Source of the DNA: Macrostomum lignano
Lineage: Eukaryota
NCBI GenBank assembly: GCA_002269645.1
Contig: NIVC01004922.1
Coordinates: 1-31,342 of the forward strand
Length of the DNA: 31,342 bases
Direction of reading: 5' to 3'
Shown: positions 28,331 to 31,342 of the stretch, one piece after another
How the letters are laid out: each line of letters starts with the position of its first letter
Position numbering within the stretch: the stretch's first letter is position 1
Notes under the pieces: model-generated
Told to the model about the DNA's origin: nothing
What the model saw: only the letters and a program-made list of their open reading frames with translations
The model's database searches: none
Program-made: the position numbers and the translations under genes

Positions 28331-31300
28331 ATGACCTACCAGGAAGGCAGTAAGTTAAATATTTAGTTTTAAATAACAAAACTGGTTAATACTTTATTTA
28401 TGCTTATTATTCATCTTTCAATTTTTCCTGTCGCAGAAATAACACTTTGGCAGCTTGGCTTCGTTGCTTGTGCCTTGTTGATCTTTCTGCCAAAGTGCAG
28501 CAGTCAAACTGCCTGTAAGTTACTCATGTTTTCTGCTGATAACTCGCATTTTGTAACAAAAATTTTCTTAGTTTTGACTTCTGCATTTTCATCACTGTGG
28601 TTAATCTACTTTAGCTCTTGAAATTTGCTTTGAGGTTACTCATTAAGAGATAGCTTTAGCACACTAGAAAGGGAAGAGAAAGAGAGAATAACGTCAAACG
28701 CACGAACTCCCATTTCCAGACTCGAGGGTTACTCGAGGGTACCAAAAGTCAATCAAATCAATAATAGCCTACGAGTATCGGAATCGGTCCAAATGGATCC
28801 TATCCAATCCCTTAGGAATATGGAGGCCTTTAATTCAATAAATCAACAGAAATCAACTGATCAGTCACGTCACGACCGGTAATGTCTTAGCTCTCACTAA
28901 TCAAATAACTGTGACTTCCACAAACCCTTATCTATCGGTATGCACTTCTCTCAGAGATGCAGCCTCGTAGTTCTTGATAAGTCTCAAGTTCTCTGAAGGC
29001 TGATCCGAGTCTGGGATTTCGGTTCAGATTTTGGCTTGTATTTTATACACAATTTTAAGCCGGTTTTGGCCTAACCCGAGTTTTTTATGAGGTTACAAAA
29101 GGAATTTTTCATTTGACAGATGGGGTTTTTGAATAGAAAGGGTGAGACTAAGGTCATTTTGAGGTTAACATTTACCATATTTGGAAGTTCTAAAATTAGA
29201 TTTTGAGAACCGGTTTTTCGGACAATGGGTTGGTCACCGACTGTTTTTGTGATATTGCAAAAAAGGAGATATGAACGCATGGTATTTAAAATTTATGTTT
29301 TACATATTTTTATCTTACTACTTCTAGTGGGCTCAATCTAGTAATATCAATAAGCCATATGTCCTTCACTAACCGGACCAACCATTCCCAACCAGACTGC
29401 AGCGGCGGGCTCCAGCGGCTGTCAGCTGAGGCCGGTGGCGAAATCGCCAGCCACAGCGGAGTCGGCACAACAAACTACAGCAGCAACTCGCAGTGCTACT
29501 GGCAGCTGGATGCGCCATCTGGCAAAAGAGTCATAGTCCGGTTCACCTACATGGATCTCGAGTCGCCAAACGACAGAGTGACTCTGTACGACGGCCTAAC
29601 AACGTCATCCGAAATTGCAGTCGTTAGCGCGAATGACTCAGCTGGCTACGAGTCGCCGAAGTTTGTTTCGTCTGCAAATATTCTGACAGTGAATTTTTAT
29701 TCAAACAGCCAATTCGCCAGAAAAGGATTTCGTTTACAGTACAATGCCACCGTATCAGGTAAGTTTGTCTGTGTTTTAGGATTGTAAATCATTGGATCAT
29801 AGACGCATTAGCACATAGATGCGATTAGAAGGGATGATATTTGCTTTATTTTGTTAAATTAGAATATTTTTCGCAGAATGGTGCGTCGCCGAACGGTACG
29901 GGGGCACACCCCAGTAAAAGCTAGGTGGGGGCATTACAGCGCTTTGTCCTCCGGCCCAACTTTTTGAGCCGTAATGGAAATCAATGATTTTGCTTCAGGA
30001 CGATAAAATATCAAAAATGAGTGCTAACCAGACTGGCTCCCAACATAAAGTAGGATTTTATTGGTGTAAAGTTCTTGTTTTTGCCCCCATCATTAACTCG
30101 CCCCTCCCTGATCGCAGACATCTGCAGTAAACTGTTGTGAATCATCAGAGTATAGCTAGTACATATAATAGCATACGATGTTTCATCAGCGACGACAACG
30201 GTTTTATTTAGTTAAATTTGAAAAACTGGCAGATATCTTCGTGCTTAATATAAATTTCTTCAGCTAACAGCAGTGCGTGTGGACCAGTCACATTTGATGA
30301 CGCTTCCAACTCTTCCGGAATGATTGTCAGCCACCCCGGCTACGACCAACACAGTTTATACGCCGCAAGCATGTCCTGCAGCTGGACCTTGCCATCGGTG
30401 TCCGGTAAATTTTACCAGCTCTTCGTTGGCAACGTGTCTCTCGGAAATGGAGATTGTCTGTCTGTAAATCAAGGCACGCCAGCGGAAATGACAGGTGGCA
30501 GTCCGAATGTGACCTTATGCGGCTGGAAAGCTGTCACTGGTATGACACTTCAGGTGGATGGCAACTTCAGCATTAGGTTTAGCTCCGATGGAGCTTATGA
30601 GTCCACGGGTTTTCAAATCAAGTTTGAATTACAAAACTGTGAGTTCTATTACAAGACTCAATTATTAGTTTGCTAGTTATGTTGCTTTCTTGTTTGTATC
30701 TACATAAACGGTTTTGTGCAATATTTTGGTAAGAGATTAGTGATTTTTTGTCGCCTTGAGATGTGAGTCTCAAAGTAAAAATATGAGCTAAACACAAGTA
30801 TTGCTAGCCGTAATTAGAGTTTAGAACTTGTTAATGAAATAGGCCCTCTGTAGCAATATAAAATTTAGGAGGAATATACAAGTACTGGTAACGTTGTTGT
30901 AAGGTCTGTAGAATTTAAACAATTAAAATGTTCATCGCAACTTGATATTGATGCATGATTTCGAATTAAAGGATTTATGCTTTGTTTTGCTACTATCTTC
31001 ATTAAATAAAAATATTTATGAACATTTTAGACTGTCCAGATAACCGCAACTTGACTAATAGCACAGGTGAAGTAGTAAGCCATAGTGGCGTCGGAGTATC
31101 CTATTATTGGAGCAATGTAATGTGCGAATGGTACATTACGGCACCGCCTGACCACCAAGTTTGGCTCTGGTTTTCCTATTTTAATTTCGGGGACGGTGAC
31201 TACGTCAAGGTTGACAGAATTCAATATTATGGACTCCATTCTTATTTTGCATACTTCAACAAGATCAACCCACCTTTGCCGTCGTGTATCGATCCAAAAC

Positions 31301-31342
31301 AAGTGCTGTCTACGTAAAATTTTATACAGATGGAGCGTACTC
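28331..31342 (+). CDS. Gene 4: recent paralog of gene 2 (signal peptide, CUB1, CUB2, partial CUB3), runs off the window
   Basis: Exons 28331-28349, 28437-28514, 29396-29758, 30264-30638, 31031->31342. CUB1 differs from gene 2 at 8 of 121 aa. A 1-nt deletion near 31285 shifts the CUB3 end (other frame reads RSKTSAVYVKFYTDGAYS). Confidence 0.88.
28662..29329. mobile_element. Possible non-autonomous CACTA-like insertion in gene 4 intron 2
   Basis: Termini CACTAGAA...TTCTAGTG; segment is absent from the orthologous 214-nt intron of gene 2 (here 881 nt); CCGGTTTT repeats near the right end; no TSD. Confidence 0.4.
29830..30125. other. About 300-bp insertion in gene 4 intron 3 relative to gene 2
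   Basis: Intron is 505 nt vs 156 nt in gene 2; flanking intron ends align. Confidence 0.4.

Noticed and set aside
31280-31317. Gene 4 as a pseudogene with a premature stop in CUB3
   Set aside because: One added base restores the CUB motif YRSKTSAVYVKFYTDGAYS; it lies within about 60 nt of the window end.

Overview
Eukaryotic (invertebrate-animal-like) genomic DNA with short GT-AG introns, mostly YTTCAG acceptors. The left end (317-5146, minus strand) holds a near full-length non-LTR retrotransposon, most like the LOA clade: ORF1 plus an ORF2 with APE endonuclease, RT, RNase H and CCHC. It has a TAATG stop/start overlap, paired 3' hairpins and a (TAAG)n tail. It is flanked by an essentially identical 316-bp duplication and preceded by what looks like a spliced leader. 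The rest is a tandem, all-plus-strand cluster of four single-pass membrane-protein genes that I assembled by hand from splice sites: (1) the 3' end of a stalk-TM-Tyr-tail gene (about 6.6-9.2 kb); (2) a signal peptide + 9 CUB + 5 mucin-like exon repeats + TM + Tyr-rich tail gene (11818-20039) with a 13-nt frameshifting deletion in CUB2; (3) a small 2xEGF-stalk-TM gene (21508-23081); (4) a recent paralog of gene 2 (28331 to window end) whose third CUB is hypervariable. Between them are a dispersed 15-bp minisatellite family, a 30-bp minisatellite, a (TTAG)n tract, a foldback/MITE, a decayed DIRS/Ngaro-type tyrosine recombinase and three copies of an upstream block that may be a decayed antisense ORF. 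Single-base homopolymer deletions at both window ends suggest lower consensus quality there. All domain calls come from motif recognition by eye; no searches were run.
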